Assembly (NCBI GenBank): GCA_951406725.2
Contig: OX597829.1
Span: 34,224,001-34,288,000 of the forward strand
Reading direction: 5' to 3'
Origin: Octopus vulgaris
Taxonomy: Eukaryota
Length of the DNA stretch: 64,000 bases
Shown here piece by piece: positions 23,760 to 36,720 of the stretch. Numbering within the stretch: the stretch's first letter is position 1; every line of letters begins with the position of its first letter. The position numbers were made by a program, and so were the translations under genes. The notes under the pieces were generated by a model. It saw nothing but the letters and a program-made list of their open reading frames with translations. It was not told where the DNA came from and ran no database searches.

Positions 23760-25700
23760 GAGTTGAAGAAGTTTAGGGCTTGGATGGTGTCTTTAATGAG
23801 TTAGGGTAATGCAGTGATGAGTGATGATAATAGTTTGTCAAGATAAAATAAAGAAATTTCATGGGGCAGTTACTAGCTGAGACAATAGGGCAGCCAGGAT
23901 TGTCTGGTTTGTTAATTTTGGGAATGAAGTGGATATTAGAGATTTTGGATATGGTTACAAATAGGTTAGTGGCAGTGAGTAGAAGTGAGCTGAAGGAGAT
24001 AAGCTGATGAACAGTGGTGCTCTCTTGTTTCTGGTGTAGTGAACAGTAACAGAATACCTTAGCTAAGATTCAAAATAAATCCACATTTTTCCACATTGTC
24101 AAATTCTTGGCCTATTGTCTTTATTAGTGGCATTGAGAGATTAATAAGAAAAAAACTGACCTCTCAAACATTTTTGAGGCATTCGCAGGTCAAAACTTAT
24201 ATAGCGAATGATCCTATTGTTATTGGTTGACCTAATTAAATTTTGAAGTCTATAAATACACAAGCAAATATCATCCAACCTCTTTCGATCATCTAGCATC
24301 TGGCTGAGGATAAAGCTTTCTCTTTCTTATTTTGGTTGACCCATCTCCAGTCAAAGAGCATCGTTACCGTCCTCACTTCAGGTATGTCCTATTTTGAGTG
24401 CAAGAACACAACTGTTACACTATTTATCTGCAAACATTCTTGTTATTGTCTTTCTCCCTAGCAGTCACAGAGATGAAACTAACTACCATACAGAATGGAG
24501 CTTTACAAACAAATTGTGTACACAGAAGCTTCTTGACAAAGTTGTATATATCATATCTTACATATTGTAACAAGTTGCATTATAATCATCTCCAACATAG
24601 TAACAACATAATAATTGCAAATATTTTTCTTCAATCATTTCTGATCTGCATTATCACATTAAATTTTGTCAGCATAACTGGAAATTTCAATGTCACACTG
24701 GTCATGGCTGGTAAGATAAGATCATTTGGTATCTTCATGTAAGATTGAGGGTTGTTAAATTGGTGGAATGCTTCTTCTCTGTGCAAGTCATATCACCAAA
24801 CTACAATAATGTCTCCTTTGTTGGCTGGTTTGATAACAATGTCCCACTGTTTACAAAGCTTCTTGTGTGTGCCTAGTTCCAATGTAAGAATGTTCAATCT
24901 CCTTAGACTTTTTCTTGAAAATAAAGATGCTTAAACCGAAACAGCATTTATTGACAAATAAATCCACAGAATGATGTAGGCCTGAGCTTGGTGTCCAGTT
25001 GGGAAATACATTTTTTATGTTTCATGAAGTCATCCTCAATTCAGGCACCTGGACTTCTGTTGTGGAAGATGTCCTTGGGTTAGCTCAATATCAGTGCATG
25101 CATTGAATTTACTGGGTTTGTCTTGGAGGAGAATAAAATTTAGGCCCCTGTAAAGCAGAGCTTGTTCAGCATGTGTGAGAAGTAGATCTCTGGAGATGGT
25201 GTAAACATGGATGTTGTGAATAATGTGGGAGAAGTGGGATACTGGTAGATATGTAAGCAAATTTGTGAAACTAAAAAGTCATAAAATTGGCTGTTGAGGT
25301 GCAATGTCTAAAAATATATATTTACTGAAGTTGAATGAAAGAGCAAAAGACAGAAAGAAGAGAATGTTAGTGGGTGAGCTGCTGTGTTAGATGGTCATGC
25401 TTGTCATAAGAAATAGATAGTAGTTTGCATAAGTTGTTTTGAAGAAGAAAAGAGAATGTTAAGAATACTGTGAGGATAATCTGTTGAGTGATTTGGCCTG
25501 ATGGATGGATGAAAATTCAGTTTGAAGCTGCATGGAATGATATTGAAGCAAAGACAGCATCCAATAAAATTCAAAAGGCTGCTAAAATGAGATTTTAAAA
25601 AATTTGAATATCACAAAGCATTATGGCAACAGTCAGGAGAAATGGTAAAAGATAGAAGATATCTTGAGACATTTGAGGTTAAGCATAATAAAAAAGATGG
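23760..25700 (-). pseudogene. Penelope-like N-terminal/RT fragments (probably more than one element, with unique DNA between)
   Basis: FIPKINKPDNPGCPIVSA (~23880-23930); DIVIKPANKGDIIVV (~24800-24850); LLYRGLNF (25036-25260). Confidence 0.6.
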
Positions 25701-26321
25701 TTCTCTTAGTTATAAGAAAAAGCAAAACAAAAACTGGCTGCAAAAGAGAAGGAACCACACGAATTTCATATATGAACAAGAAGTGGTAGGATGAACAGTG
25801 TAAGAAGAAGAAAAGAGTTGTAGAACGAGGTGAAGCAGGTACTCCCAACTTCCCTGCTTCTCCTCATTGCATTATTCTTTCCTTCTTCCTTCTCACACTG
25901 TTTCTCCTACCACATCTTGTTCATATATGAAGCTCACATGGTCCTGTATGTTTTTTTTTATATACTCTATGTAAAACTCTGCTGTCTCTCATTAATTTTT
26001 CTCCTTTCAACTTTTCCTCTGGAGAAGGGTTTTTTTTCCAAATTGTTGGATTTTCCACCCCTCACGGCAAGTTCACAGTATTCTTTTTATTAATTCTATT
26101 ACATAATGTAAGTCTTGCTGATATAGAACAACATTGGCCTTACTGGAGTCTGTCTGTTTCATTATATTATATGCTGATACAGAATATGGGGGTTTAGTTC
26201 ACTGGTGATCTAACAAATAGGTACACTGGGTAAGTGCTGTAATGGGTTATCAGGGCTCCAAGCTCATAACTGAGACGGGAGCTATGGAAACATTTTAGGT
26301 TTCTGATATAGCAGATATATC

Positions 26322-26441
26322 ATTTGTAAAAGAGGACAACAAATGCCAAGGCATAACAAGCATCTCAAGTAATAAAAATAATAATGTATGCGACTTGAGA
26401 TGCTTGCTATGCCTTGGTGTTTGTTGTCTTCTTTCACAAAT
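26322..26441. other. Long inverted repeat (36-bp core arms, 22-nt loop)
   Basis: 26335-26370 vs 26393-26428, 33/36 identical as inverted repeats; imperfect outer extension. Confidence 0.9.
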
Positions 26442-27129
26442 ATATTATATGTAGATGTATATATGAAAACAGAACAGCATATATTTCCTTTGTGTGCTAC
26501 CAGTTCTCCATCTCCTTAGAAACACTTTCATTGTTAACCCACATTTCAATATCATCTCTTAACATTTTATTTTCCAATGAAAGCCCATTCATATCTTTGT
26601 TGGCCACTCACTATATCCACTGCTATGTACATCTGACCTTCATTTTTGTCACTGTGCATCCCTCTCTTACCCTTCAGTTTGCATCATCTCTTTAGTTCTA
26701 ATTTATGGTCCTATTATACTGTTACCCTCCTCTGCCACATCCTCAAGATGTACAGTTACTTATCACTTCCTCTTCTCTGACCTACTCTCCCTCCAAACTG
26801 CAGTTCATGATTGGCCATGTTCACCTTTCATTGTATCCTCATCTCTAAACATCTGTCACTCTCTTCACACTCTCACAAATGTACCCATCTTGCCATCCTC
26901 ATATCTTTGTCCATATTTTATCATATATCCATCTTCTTGTACCTTGAGGGTATATTCTGACACCCCTCTCCACCATAATTTCTTCCTTTGTTGCTGGGGT
27001 AGCCACATATCTTCTCTGTAGCAAGACACCTTTTCTTGTTCCGCCATTATATTTTAACATCTCAACACCTGGCATAAAGCATCTCCCTCAATTCTGCATT
27101 CCCATTCAGCCAAGGTGTCTTGTCTCACA

Positions 27130-27420
27130 AGTTACTTGGTGACTTTAGTAGTGCTAGTATGACAAAAAAAAAAAAAAAAAGCACACAGTACATACTCTAA
27201 AGTAGTTGGCATTAGAAGGGATATAGAAACCATGCCAAAACAGACATTGGTGCGGAATGCAATCCTGATAAATGGCTGGCATAAATAAGGGCATCTGGTC
27301 ATAGAAACTATGTCAAAACTGACACTGGAGCTTGATGCAGTCCTGCAACTCGCTGTCAAACCACCCAACCTATGTCAGCTAGGATAATGGATGTTATATG
27401 ACAATGATGAAGAAATGATG
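27130..27420 (+). mobile_element. Decayed RTE 3' end
   Basis: GTTGGCATTAGAAGGG..GAAACCATGCCAAAACAGAC, partly duplicated; degenerate (GAT)n tail. Confidence 0.6.
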
Positions 27421-27973
27421 TTTGTATATAGATATTCTCATCAGTGGGTGGCGTTACTTGGATACACTACTCGGATATCACTCCATCCTCATGAGTGAGA
27501 GTAATTACTTTGATCATCATTTGGGTATCATTTTGACAATTCCAGATATATTAAAATTTTATTTACCATTCTCACGATTTTTAGCAAAAAAACAAACAAA
27601 CAGGAAAAAAATAGTGATTCTTACATAATTTATTTGACATACAGTAAAAGTAATTTTTTTCTGAGGAAATGTAATAAAACTTAAACATGTCTGAAATTAT
27701 CTCCCGTGCATACTAAAAATAACTAAATTGAAAGTAGTCTGAGCTAATATCTTTCTCAGCGCATACGTATTTCTAATTAGATTTCCAATGCTTACAGCTG
27801 TTGTTTTTCATACAGAAGTATTTTCAGTAATTACTCTCTCAGCAATTATTCCACTCGAAAAGCTTTCAGAGGGGGCCACAAAATTTCTCACACGCAAGCA
27901 CACTGCATATAAAGGAGTTGGCCATAAAGCAGTTTCACCAGCTCTCCATTAGTTTCCGCTTAAAAACATCAAA

Positions 27974-28076
27974 GGCGGAGTTAAAGAATACGCACACCAC
28001 CCGTTATCGGTGCAACAAAAACGGTAACCCTAACGCTAAACCTAAACACCGGGTGTGCGTATTCTTTACCTTTGCC
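27974..28076. mobile_element. 103-bp MITE with internal telomere-like repeats
   Basis: TIR with perfect 17-bp core TAAAGAATACGCACACC / GGTGTGCGTATTCTTTA; GG..CC ends; 9-bp TSD AACATCAAA/AGCATCAAA; internal TAACCCTAACGCTAAACCTAA. Confidence 0.7.
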
Positions 28077-28174
28077 AGCATCAAATACATTTGTTACAAT
28101 TAAAGAAAAAAAAAAAGGCGAATAGAAGAACATCAGCAATTATATAATATTAGCACCACTAAAGAAAAACGTCG

Positions 28175-28264
28175 TATCACGTGATATAGTGGTCGTTGGA
28201 GGGATAAGAAATGTAATTTGATTGGTTATTATATTAAAATGGCGCTTGTAGACCAATATAAATA
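28175..28264 (+). promoter_or_regulatory. Candidate Pol II promoter cluster
   Basis: Palindromic E-box TATCACGTGATA (28175), reverse CCAAT (28220), YY1-type AAAATGGCG (28236), CCAAT (28253), TATAAATA (28257); locally CpG-retaining unique DNA. Confidence 0.55.
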
Positions 28265-28346
28265 GGTCCAGTTCGTCCGTAAAACAATTAGGTTGCTCAT
28301 TAAAAAAAGCTGAAAATTACGAATTGTCGTGTATCCTAACAAAAAT

Positions 28347-28370
28347 ATGGATAAAAAAAGGATCAGTTTT
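28347..28370 (+). CDS. Candidate first coding exon segment (MDKKRISF)
   Basis: ATG ~85 nt after the TATA box, 8 codons, then GTGAGT donor (phase 0). Confidence 0.35.
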
Positions 28371-29637
28371 GTGAGTAGTCATTGTAACATAGAAATATTT
28401 TAACTTTTTGAAATGAAATCATTCATTTATGATTCGCATATTTTCTCCTTTTCCTTATATCGTTTGTTTGTTTCTTACGATAAACGCATAGATATTAACG
28501 TTAATATTTATTGTGCCGCTCCTACTTTTTGAGATTTAGAGAATCTACAAAGTAGGGTTTATATTATTATATGAAAATTCACGATTATCTTACTATTACG
28601 TTGTATTAACCAAAATTCTTAATTATTTGTTCCGTATCTGTTTTGTACACTTTTTACATTGTCTTTATTTACATCTTAATATTGAACGTCAACATCACCC
28701 AAATATTTCTATATCCTTATAAACTGCACACAGACAGATGCACAAAGTTACATTAAACATGTGTATTATGCATGTATAATTTAGTTTCAACTGTAAATAA
28801 AGAACACGCAATAATTAGACACGTTTCACTTTCAGTTGTAAAAAAGAAGGCAAAATTGTTATTGTTTATACTTAAGACTGGTTCACCCTTTTATATTATG
28901 TATACAACTATTACATCTAGATATTTACAGCCTTTGTGAGCATGATAATTAACATCGTCGTGAAAATGTTTACCTGACACATTTTCTTCATAGGGGAGGG
29001 GTAGATTTTGTTGCATACATACATAGATTCATTCACAGTCACACACGCACACACACATTTGTGTGTCATGGCATTCCTATAGAAATGAATCGGAAGATAA
29101 GTGCGCGAAAAAAAACCAAACAAAACGAAAAGAAAAACGAGAATTACTTCGGATTTGTGCGGGTTATAAAGCTCTGTACATTACGATTTAAAATTTGTCT
29201 ACCAAAACTTTCCTTAAATTTAAGTTTTAAATATCTCATATCATTAATTTTCAAATATATTGCGTAACGTTTTTAAAGCATAAATCAGACGAAAAAAAAA
29301 AATCTTCGAAAAATTTTGGAGGTGAAAAATTACGAACAACGAGGCGGTGACACTTCGAAGGAAATTTTTTTATGCCAAATCATAATTTAGAATGATTAAT
29401 AACAAACTTTTTCTGGTTGCCAGTGGCTGTGGCCATGTTGGAAATAACGTGATTGCTAGAATATTTCAAACCCTTTACTCGCTCACTTTTCACTGAAGCT
29501 GTCCTTGTTTGCGTGTCTTTCCAATATGTGGTTTCATGTCGCATCTCAGATATAAATTTGTTTAAATATTCTTTTGATACATCCAAGCCTTTGAACCTTA
29601 AGCTGTTACAGTATTGAGTACTTGCTCTTGACGGAGA

Positions 29638-29720
29638 GGGCGGGGTCTTTGGTACTATGCAGTTCTGCGATTGGTATAACTTTCAATCCTAATTAGATGC
29701 TTGACCCCCACCAGGTATGT
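29638..29720. promoter_or_regulatory. Second candidate promoter/first-exon signal
   Basis: GC box GGGCGGGG (29638), GATTGG (29669), CAG|GTATGT donor (29714/5). Confidence 0.3.
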
Positions 29721-29749
29721 ATGTATGACGTACATACCTCATACATACA

Positions 29750-32235
29750 TATAGCATTGATGGTGATACCCTTGCAATTGTGATCTAGAAGAAACTCCAG
29801 GATGGAAAAGCATCTGGAAGAGACTTGATTATTGGATATTGGTATAAGGAGCTCACACCTTCTTTCAACCATATCTTATCAATCTGTACCACACCAGTTA
29901 GCTCTGACAGAGACAAAATTGATCCCCAAATGCAGAACAATCTACATGGCAAAAAAACAACTGGCCAATTCCATGTTGTATATAAGATATATACAACATG
30001 CTTAAACCTCTTCCTCGAGGACCATTGTGAAACCAATAACATCTATTTCATTATTGCCCACAGGGGGCTAAACATAGATGGGACAAACCAAGAATTAAGT
30101 CGATTACATTGACCCCAGTGTGTAACTGGTACTTATTTAATTGATCCTGAAAGGATGAAAGGCTAAGTTGACCTCGGCAGAATTTGAACTTAGATGATGA
30201 TGATGAATGTAGCAGCAGACAAAATACCACTAAGCATTTCGCCTGCTGTGCTAATGTCTCTGCCAGCTCGTCAGCTTAACATCATCACAACAGAACAAGC
30301 AGCTAGGGAGAAAGGAGTTTGAGGATGTGTCAAGCAATTGTTAATCAACAAAACTGTGATGTCAGAGGTGCAAGAACATAGTAGGAACCTAGTTTCAATG
30401 TGGGTAGACTATAAGAAAATCTTTGTTCCCCACTCATGGATGCTAGAAGACCTTCAACTTGCTAAAGTTCCAGTGAGCTAGCCATAGCTGACCTGACTTC
30501 ATTGTGGGTCACACTCTTGAAATTAAACACAAAGAGTGACTGTGTTATCACTGTATTGCAGAGGCATGCATATTCCAAAGGGACAGCCTCTCTGTGATGT
30601 TTATACTTTCTGTGAACCCTTTCTCATTCATGATAAGGGAATCTGCAGAATATCTCACTGGTTCACAAGGATACACAAATACCAAAATTACACACTGTTT
30701 CTTTGTGGATGACTTGAAACTTTATGCAAAGAATATGTACAAGATGAAAATGAGCCTTGACCTAGTTATATCATTCTCAAAGGATCTAGGGTTGGAGATT
30801 GGTCAGGATAAATGTTGTTATATGGTTGTGAAAAAGGGGAAAACTGTAAACCAGACTAGCAGCATCTCCATCAATGACTTGACTGTTGTCCCTATATCTG
30901 ATGAGGACTGTTACAGGTATCTAGGGGTGGATGAAAACATATCTTTTGATGGCACCTGTAATGAAACACTTACCACTAAAGAATATCACAGCTGAATAAA
31001 GAAAATTTGAACCTCAGAACTCTCTGCATTCAATAAAACAGTGGCCTACAATGTATTTGCAGTGCCAGTACTCGTACCAACATTTGGGTTGCTTGATTGG
31101 ACGCTTGATGAGATCTGAGCCATTGATGTGAAAACCTGGAAACTATAACAAGCACACATAATTTCCACATAAACAGTGACGTAGTAGACCGCCTCTGCCT
31201 AAAATGAAAACAAAGCGGCAGAGGCTTAATATCGATCCAAAATGCCTTTGAATGTCGTATCATATCCCTTCAGCAACATCTTTTAACCACTAAGTGTTGA
31301 AGTGAATGCCCTTGATCAAGTTTGTATATATGAGATTAATAACATCATAAACCTTGGAAGACAGCTCCTTGGGCAGCATTCCTTGTCTGATAACCTTAAA
31401 TACATGCCCAAAGAAGTCGCACGTCTCTACCACAATGTATTATTAGCTGAAAGGATGAGCAGAAAACTAATCATGGATATGTTAATAGAAAGCTCTGAGT
31501 AACATTGATCATCAAAGCAGTCTATCATGGACCAATAACCGGATTACTACCTCCCACTTTGAAGGGTATGCGTTTGTGATCCAGGAACAAGAAATATCAA
31601 CCAAACACCTGATGCACAAAAGAGATAGAGATGCAGGAAAAGCAGTAAAATGTGACATTGATGCAAACTTTGTGGAGTTAACACAAGATATTAACCACAT
31701 CATAAGTAGTTGTCTGAAAATGTCATCATGCTTATACCTACCGATGAGACATGATGTTGTAGCTAGGACACTCTATAATGAAATCTGTCTGAAGGATAAC
31801 CCTGAGGACGAAGAAATATGAACGCATAATATGGTAGAAGTCATAGCCAATCAATAAAAAGGAGTACTGGTGGACTGTCCCAATCAAAACTTCAATAAAC
31901 TGTAAGAACAATGATATGGGATAGGGAAGAGAAACTGTGTACACGTGTGGAAATTAGCTGCCCAGAGGATGTTAACATTACACTGAAGATCAGTGAAAAA
32001 GAGGATACCTACACTGAACTATTGAGAAATCTGCAGTTACTTTATCCAGATTACAAGTTGAGGTTTATACCTGTAATTATTGGGGTCCTGGGATATGTAC
32101 ACACTGTCTAAATACTAATCTTGAGAAATTAGCCTTCTCAAAACTAGAAAAGAGAAAGTTTATTTGATGACTACAGATCCAATCCATCATTAAAACTAAA
32201 AATCTGTAAAACTTTCCAGAAGTTTATCATTTAAA
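29750..32235 (+). pseudogene. R4/Dong-like non-LTR retrotransposon (RT + CCHC + RLE endonuclease), decayed
   Basis: MWVDYKK..PHSW, FILSVNP, HCFFVDDLKLY, YRYLGV, HIISSC..RHDVV, IWDREEKLC..VEISCP, FIPVIIGVLG. Confidence 0.85.
30044..30276 (-). mobile_element. SINE family C inserted in the R4-like element
   Basis: Reverse complement of 54301-54528; TSD TAACATC (30037-30043 / 30277-30283). Confidence 0.8.
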
Positions 32236-32319
32236 TATATATGTGCATGATTAGATATACAACTATATACATAAAACAAAACATACAAATCTGCACACAC
32301 ACATACACCTCTGTGTTGT

Positions 32320-32860
32320 TCATCATCATCATTGTTTAATGTCTGCTTTCCATGCTGGCATGGCTTGGATGGTTTGACTAAGTAAGGACTGGGAAGCCAG
32401 GAGGCTGCACCAGGCTGAGTCTGGTCTGGCGAAGTTTCTACAGTTGGATGCCCTTCCTAACACCAACCACTCCGAGAGTGTAGTGAGTGCTCAAAAGGTA
32501 TTTTTACATGCTACCTCCATGGGAGCTAGTCGGGTGGCACTGGCAAAGACCACGCTCGAATGTTGTTTTCATGTGCCACCAGCATGGGAGCCAATCCGTG
32601 ACCTTGGCAATGGTCACGCTTTTAACATTCCACTGGCACAAGTGCCAATCAAGTGGTACTGTTATCAGCTACGTCAGCGATTTTGGTTTGTTTACACTTG
32701 CCTCAATAGGTCTTCACAAGCAAAGCTCATTGTCCAATGAATGAGGGGTACTCATAAGTGGCCTGGTTACATCCTACATTTGGATGTGCTTTTAACATTC
32801 CACTTGCACGAGTGTCTTTCAGGCGGTACTGTCATTGGCCATGTCAGCAGTTTTGATTTC
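32320..32860 (-). mobile_element. RTE 3'UTR and tail
   Basis: (CAT)n at 32321; conserved 3' motif; UTR repeats. Confidence 0.8.
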
Positions 32861-32875
32861 TATATAATATATATA

Positions 32876-35110
32876 TCATCATCATCATTGTTTAATGTCT
32901 GCTTTCCATGCTAGCATGGGTTGGACGATTTGACTGAGGACTGGTGAACCAGGTGGCTGCACCAGGCTCCAATCTGATCTGGCAGAGTTTCCACAGCTGG
33001 ATGCCCCTCCCAATGCCAACCATTCCGAGAGTGTAGTGGGTGCTTCTAAGTGCCACCGGCAAGAGGGCTGGCAACAACCATGCTCAAATGGTGTTTTTTA
33101 TGTGCCACTGGCACAGGAGCCAGTCCAGCAGCACAGGCAACATGCCAGAAAGGCGACGCTGGTAACGATCATGCTTGAATGGTGCTTTTAACGTGCCACC
33201 GGCACAGAAGCCAGTTAGCTGTTCTGGCAATGATCATACTCAGATAGTGCTCTTAGTGCTCCACTAGCACAGATGCCAGTCATTGAATTTGATTTCGATT
33301 TCACTTGCCTCAACAAGTCTTCGCAAGCAGAGTTTAGTGTCCAATGAAGGAAAGGTATGAATAAGTTGGCTGGTTACACCCCTGGCATAGGCCATGAGGT
33401 GATGGTCTCACTTGGCTTGCAGGGTTTTCTCAACTACAGCATATTTCCAAAGGTCTCAGTCACTAGTCATTGCCTTGGTGAGGCCTAATGTTCAAAAGTC
33501 GTGCTTCACCACTTCATCCCAGGTCTTCCACAAGTTCCCTCAACCACTAGGATGTGGCACTTTTTCACACAGCTATCCTCATCCATTCTCGTTACATGAC
33601 CATACCAGTGCAGTTGTCTCTCTTGCACACCACATCTGATCCTTCTTAGGTCCTACTTTTCTCTCAAGGTACTTACACTGTCGAGTATGCACACTGACAT
33701 TACACATCCATCGGAGCATACTGGCTTCATTCCTTGCAAGCTTACACATGTCCTCAGCAGTCACAGTCCATGTCTCACTGCCATGTAGCATGGCTGTTCA
33801 TACACATGTGTCATACAGTCTACCTTTTACTCTGATTGAGAGGCCCTTTGTCACCAGCAGAGGTAAGCACTCTCTGAACTTTGCCCTGGCTATTCTTATT
33901 CTAACAGCTACACTTTCAGCACACCATCCCCTCACTACTGACTTGGTCACCTAGGTAACGGAAGCTGTCAACGACTTCTAGTTTTTCTGCCTGGAATGTG
34001 GCAGAAATTGTTCTCTGCACATTTTCAGTGTTTATTGCTCCTGAGCATCTGCCACATACAAAATCTATTTTCCCAGTTAGCCTTCCTTTGATATTGCTGC
34101 ACCTCTTATGTGTCCATAGCTTACACTGGGTACATTTTATGGAGTTTCTACCTATGCCTTTGCTACAGATCGAGCAGGGCCATCAACCTGAAGGGATTTG
34201 TGGCTTGCCTACCTTCCTACTTATTAGGATTTTGGTTTTAGCTAGGTTGACTCTAAGGCCCTTCAAGTGTAATCCTTGTTTCCACACCTGAAACTTCTCT
34301 AGTTCTGATAGTGACTCAGCAATTAGAGCAAGGTCATCAGCATAGAGGAGCTCCCAGGGGCAACCTGATTTGAATTCCTCTGTTATTGCCTGAAGGACTA
34401 TGATAAATAGGAGGGGGCTGAGGACTGAACCTTGGTGGATCCCTACCTCTACCCGGAATTCTTCACTGTACTCGTTGCTAACCCTCAACTTACTGACAGC
34501 GTCCCTGTACATGGCTTGTACGGCTCTCACTAACCATTCATCTATCCCTAGTTTACTCATTGACCACCAGATAAGGGATTGGGGAACCCTGTCAAAGGCT
34601 TTCTCCATATCAATGAAAGCCAGGTACAGAGGTTTATCTTTGGCTAGGTATTTCTCCTGCAGCTGTCTTACCAGAAATATAGCATCAGTGGTGCTTTTCT
34701 CTGGCACAAACCCAAACTGCATCTCATCTAAACTGACTCTCTCCCTAATTAGTTGGGCTATGACCCTCTCTGTGACCTTGATTACCTGATCCAACAACTT
34801 GATACCTCTGTAATTATTTGTATATAAAGCGTTGCCTTTACCTTTGTAGCAATTGACTATAGTGCTGCTACACCAGTCATTGGGTATGACTCTTTCGTGT
34901 ATCACCTGGTTAACTATTTGGGTGACTAGGCTATAGCCAACACTGCCAGATATTTTGAGCATCTCTGCAGTGATTCCTGATGGGCCGGGGGATTTCCTTG
35001 TTTCATACTCTTAATTACTTTATCTACCATGGTACTGTCAACTTGGATAGCTGGTCCCTCTGTTGGGTCGATATTCGGCAGACTCTCTTTCTCCCGTTCA
35101 TTTTCTTTAA
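32876..35110 (-). mobile_element. 5'-truncated RTE LINE with RT and PHD finger (pseudogenised)
   Basis: ORF 34183-34962 (NYRGIKLL, QFGFVP, DMEKAFDRV, GIHQGSVLSP, LYADD); PHD 34045-34182 after a TGA; collinear 3'UTR and (CAT)n tail at 32877. Confidence 0.92.
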
Positions 35111-36116
35111 TGAGCAATCTTTCATATTGGCAGCAACCTTGTTGAAATTCCAATGGAGTCTTGTATCTAGGTTAGGAACCAGCTCTTTTTCTATTGGCAA
35201 GAAATCTTGAAATAAAACTGAATAGCGACATGTCCTCTCTCTCTCTCTCTAGGGAGTAGAGCCTCTTGCAGTAGCTCTTTTGTTGTATGGAGGTAACCCT
35301 CTGGATATAGTGACTTTGGATTACATCAAGCAGAACATTCTGGTGAGAACTAATGTCTTTCATAAGTGAAACGTGAATTCAACAAGCCACTTGTCTGCAC
35401 ATTGTTGCTATTATAGTAATCTGCATACAAAATGATGCATCTTAACTCATGTGGATACCCAGACAGTGATTTTGGTTCTGTATATTCAGATTGCAATCTG
35501 TTTGCGAGTTGACAACAGACTGCTTTAAATTTCTCAGCATTGGACTGAATGTTGTTCTCTTCAGCCCACTTGTATATTGCTTTCAGATCTTCCTGTAGCT
35601 TTGAGTTACCATCAAAATCCCTGATTGTTGATGATGCTATTGTATTGCTAGCACAGCTGGTGAGAGTGACTGACTTTATAACTGGGGCATATCTGAGAGA
35701 GAGAGAGCCACCATAAACAGTAGTGGCCCCAGTACAATTTCCTGATAATTGGTGTCTCTTTAGAGACAACACCTTTGGCTGAGACTGTCTGAGTCCTACC
35801 TGTCAAGCAGCCTCTCCTTGAGTTTTCCAGCTATATCAAAGTCACACAGTTTGTGACATTCTGCGGTCAACTTTATTGAAGACCTTGGCAGAGTTGAGAT
35901 ATATCACATCCACATTTAAATGGTTGAACAGTTGTTTCAGTCATAGTCGCTGTATAAGGCAGCTCCTTCATGGAGGGAAGCCATGCTGCATGCTAGTGTT
36001 TAAGCTATTTTCTAGGAACTTGATCAGATTTCTTCTGACAATGTATTCTATAATTTTTTTCATATGTGAGGTAAGAGAAATAGGTCTCATTTTTAGCATA
36101 TGCTCTGTTTCCTCTT

Positions 36117-36720
36117 ATCATCATTATCATCATTTAACATCTGTTGTCCATGCTGGCATGGGTTGGATGGTTTGACCAGAATTAGCAATCTGGAGAGTTG
36201 CACCAGGCTCCAGTCTGATTTGATATAGTTTCCACAGCTGGATGCCCTTCCCAATGCCAACCACTTTACAGAGTATGCTGGGTACTTTTACGTGGCACTG
36301 CGTGGGTGCTTTTAAATAGCACCAGCATGAGTGCTTTCTCTATGGCACTGGCACAGGACTCTTGCAGGCCAATCCTCTCCACTAAGGGAACCAGCCTTAG
36401 CACTCCTGCTGTGGAGCATGGGTCTTCTTGAGTACTATAAAGCGCCAGGCATCTTGGTCCTTTGTCATCTGGTTTGAAAGATTCAGCTTTCTGAGATGAT
36501 TCTTCAGTACTTCATCCCAAGTCTTTCTGGGTCTCCCACTTCCACATATTCCATTAACTTAGAGAGATTGGCACTTTATGGAGCTATCTGCATTACATGA
36601 CCAAACCAGTACAGTCTTCGCTCTTGTACACTGCATCCAGTTTCTCTTATGCCTAACTTCTCTTGAACATGTACTCTGACATTACATATCCAGTGGAGCA
36701 TACTAGCTTCAATACTCTCT
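36117..36720 (-). mobile_element. RTE C-terminus, 3'UTR and tail
   Basis: EASMLHWICNV..VQERRLYWFGHV; (CAT)n-like tail at 36117. Confidence 0.8.

Noticed and set aside
34400-34789. Antisense ORFs over RT/helicase regions (also 15545, 15935, 48994, 51468)
   Set aside because: Shadow frames of the transposon coding strands.
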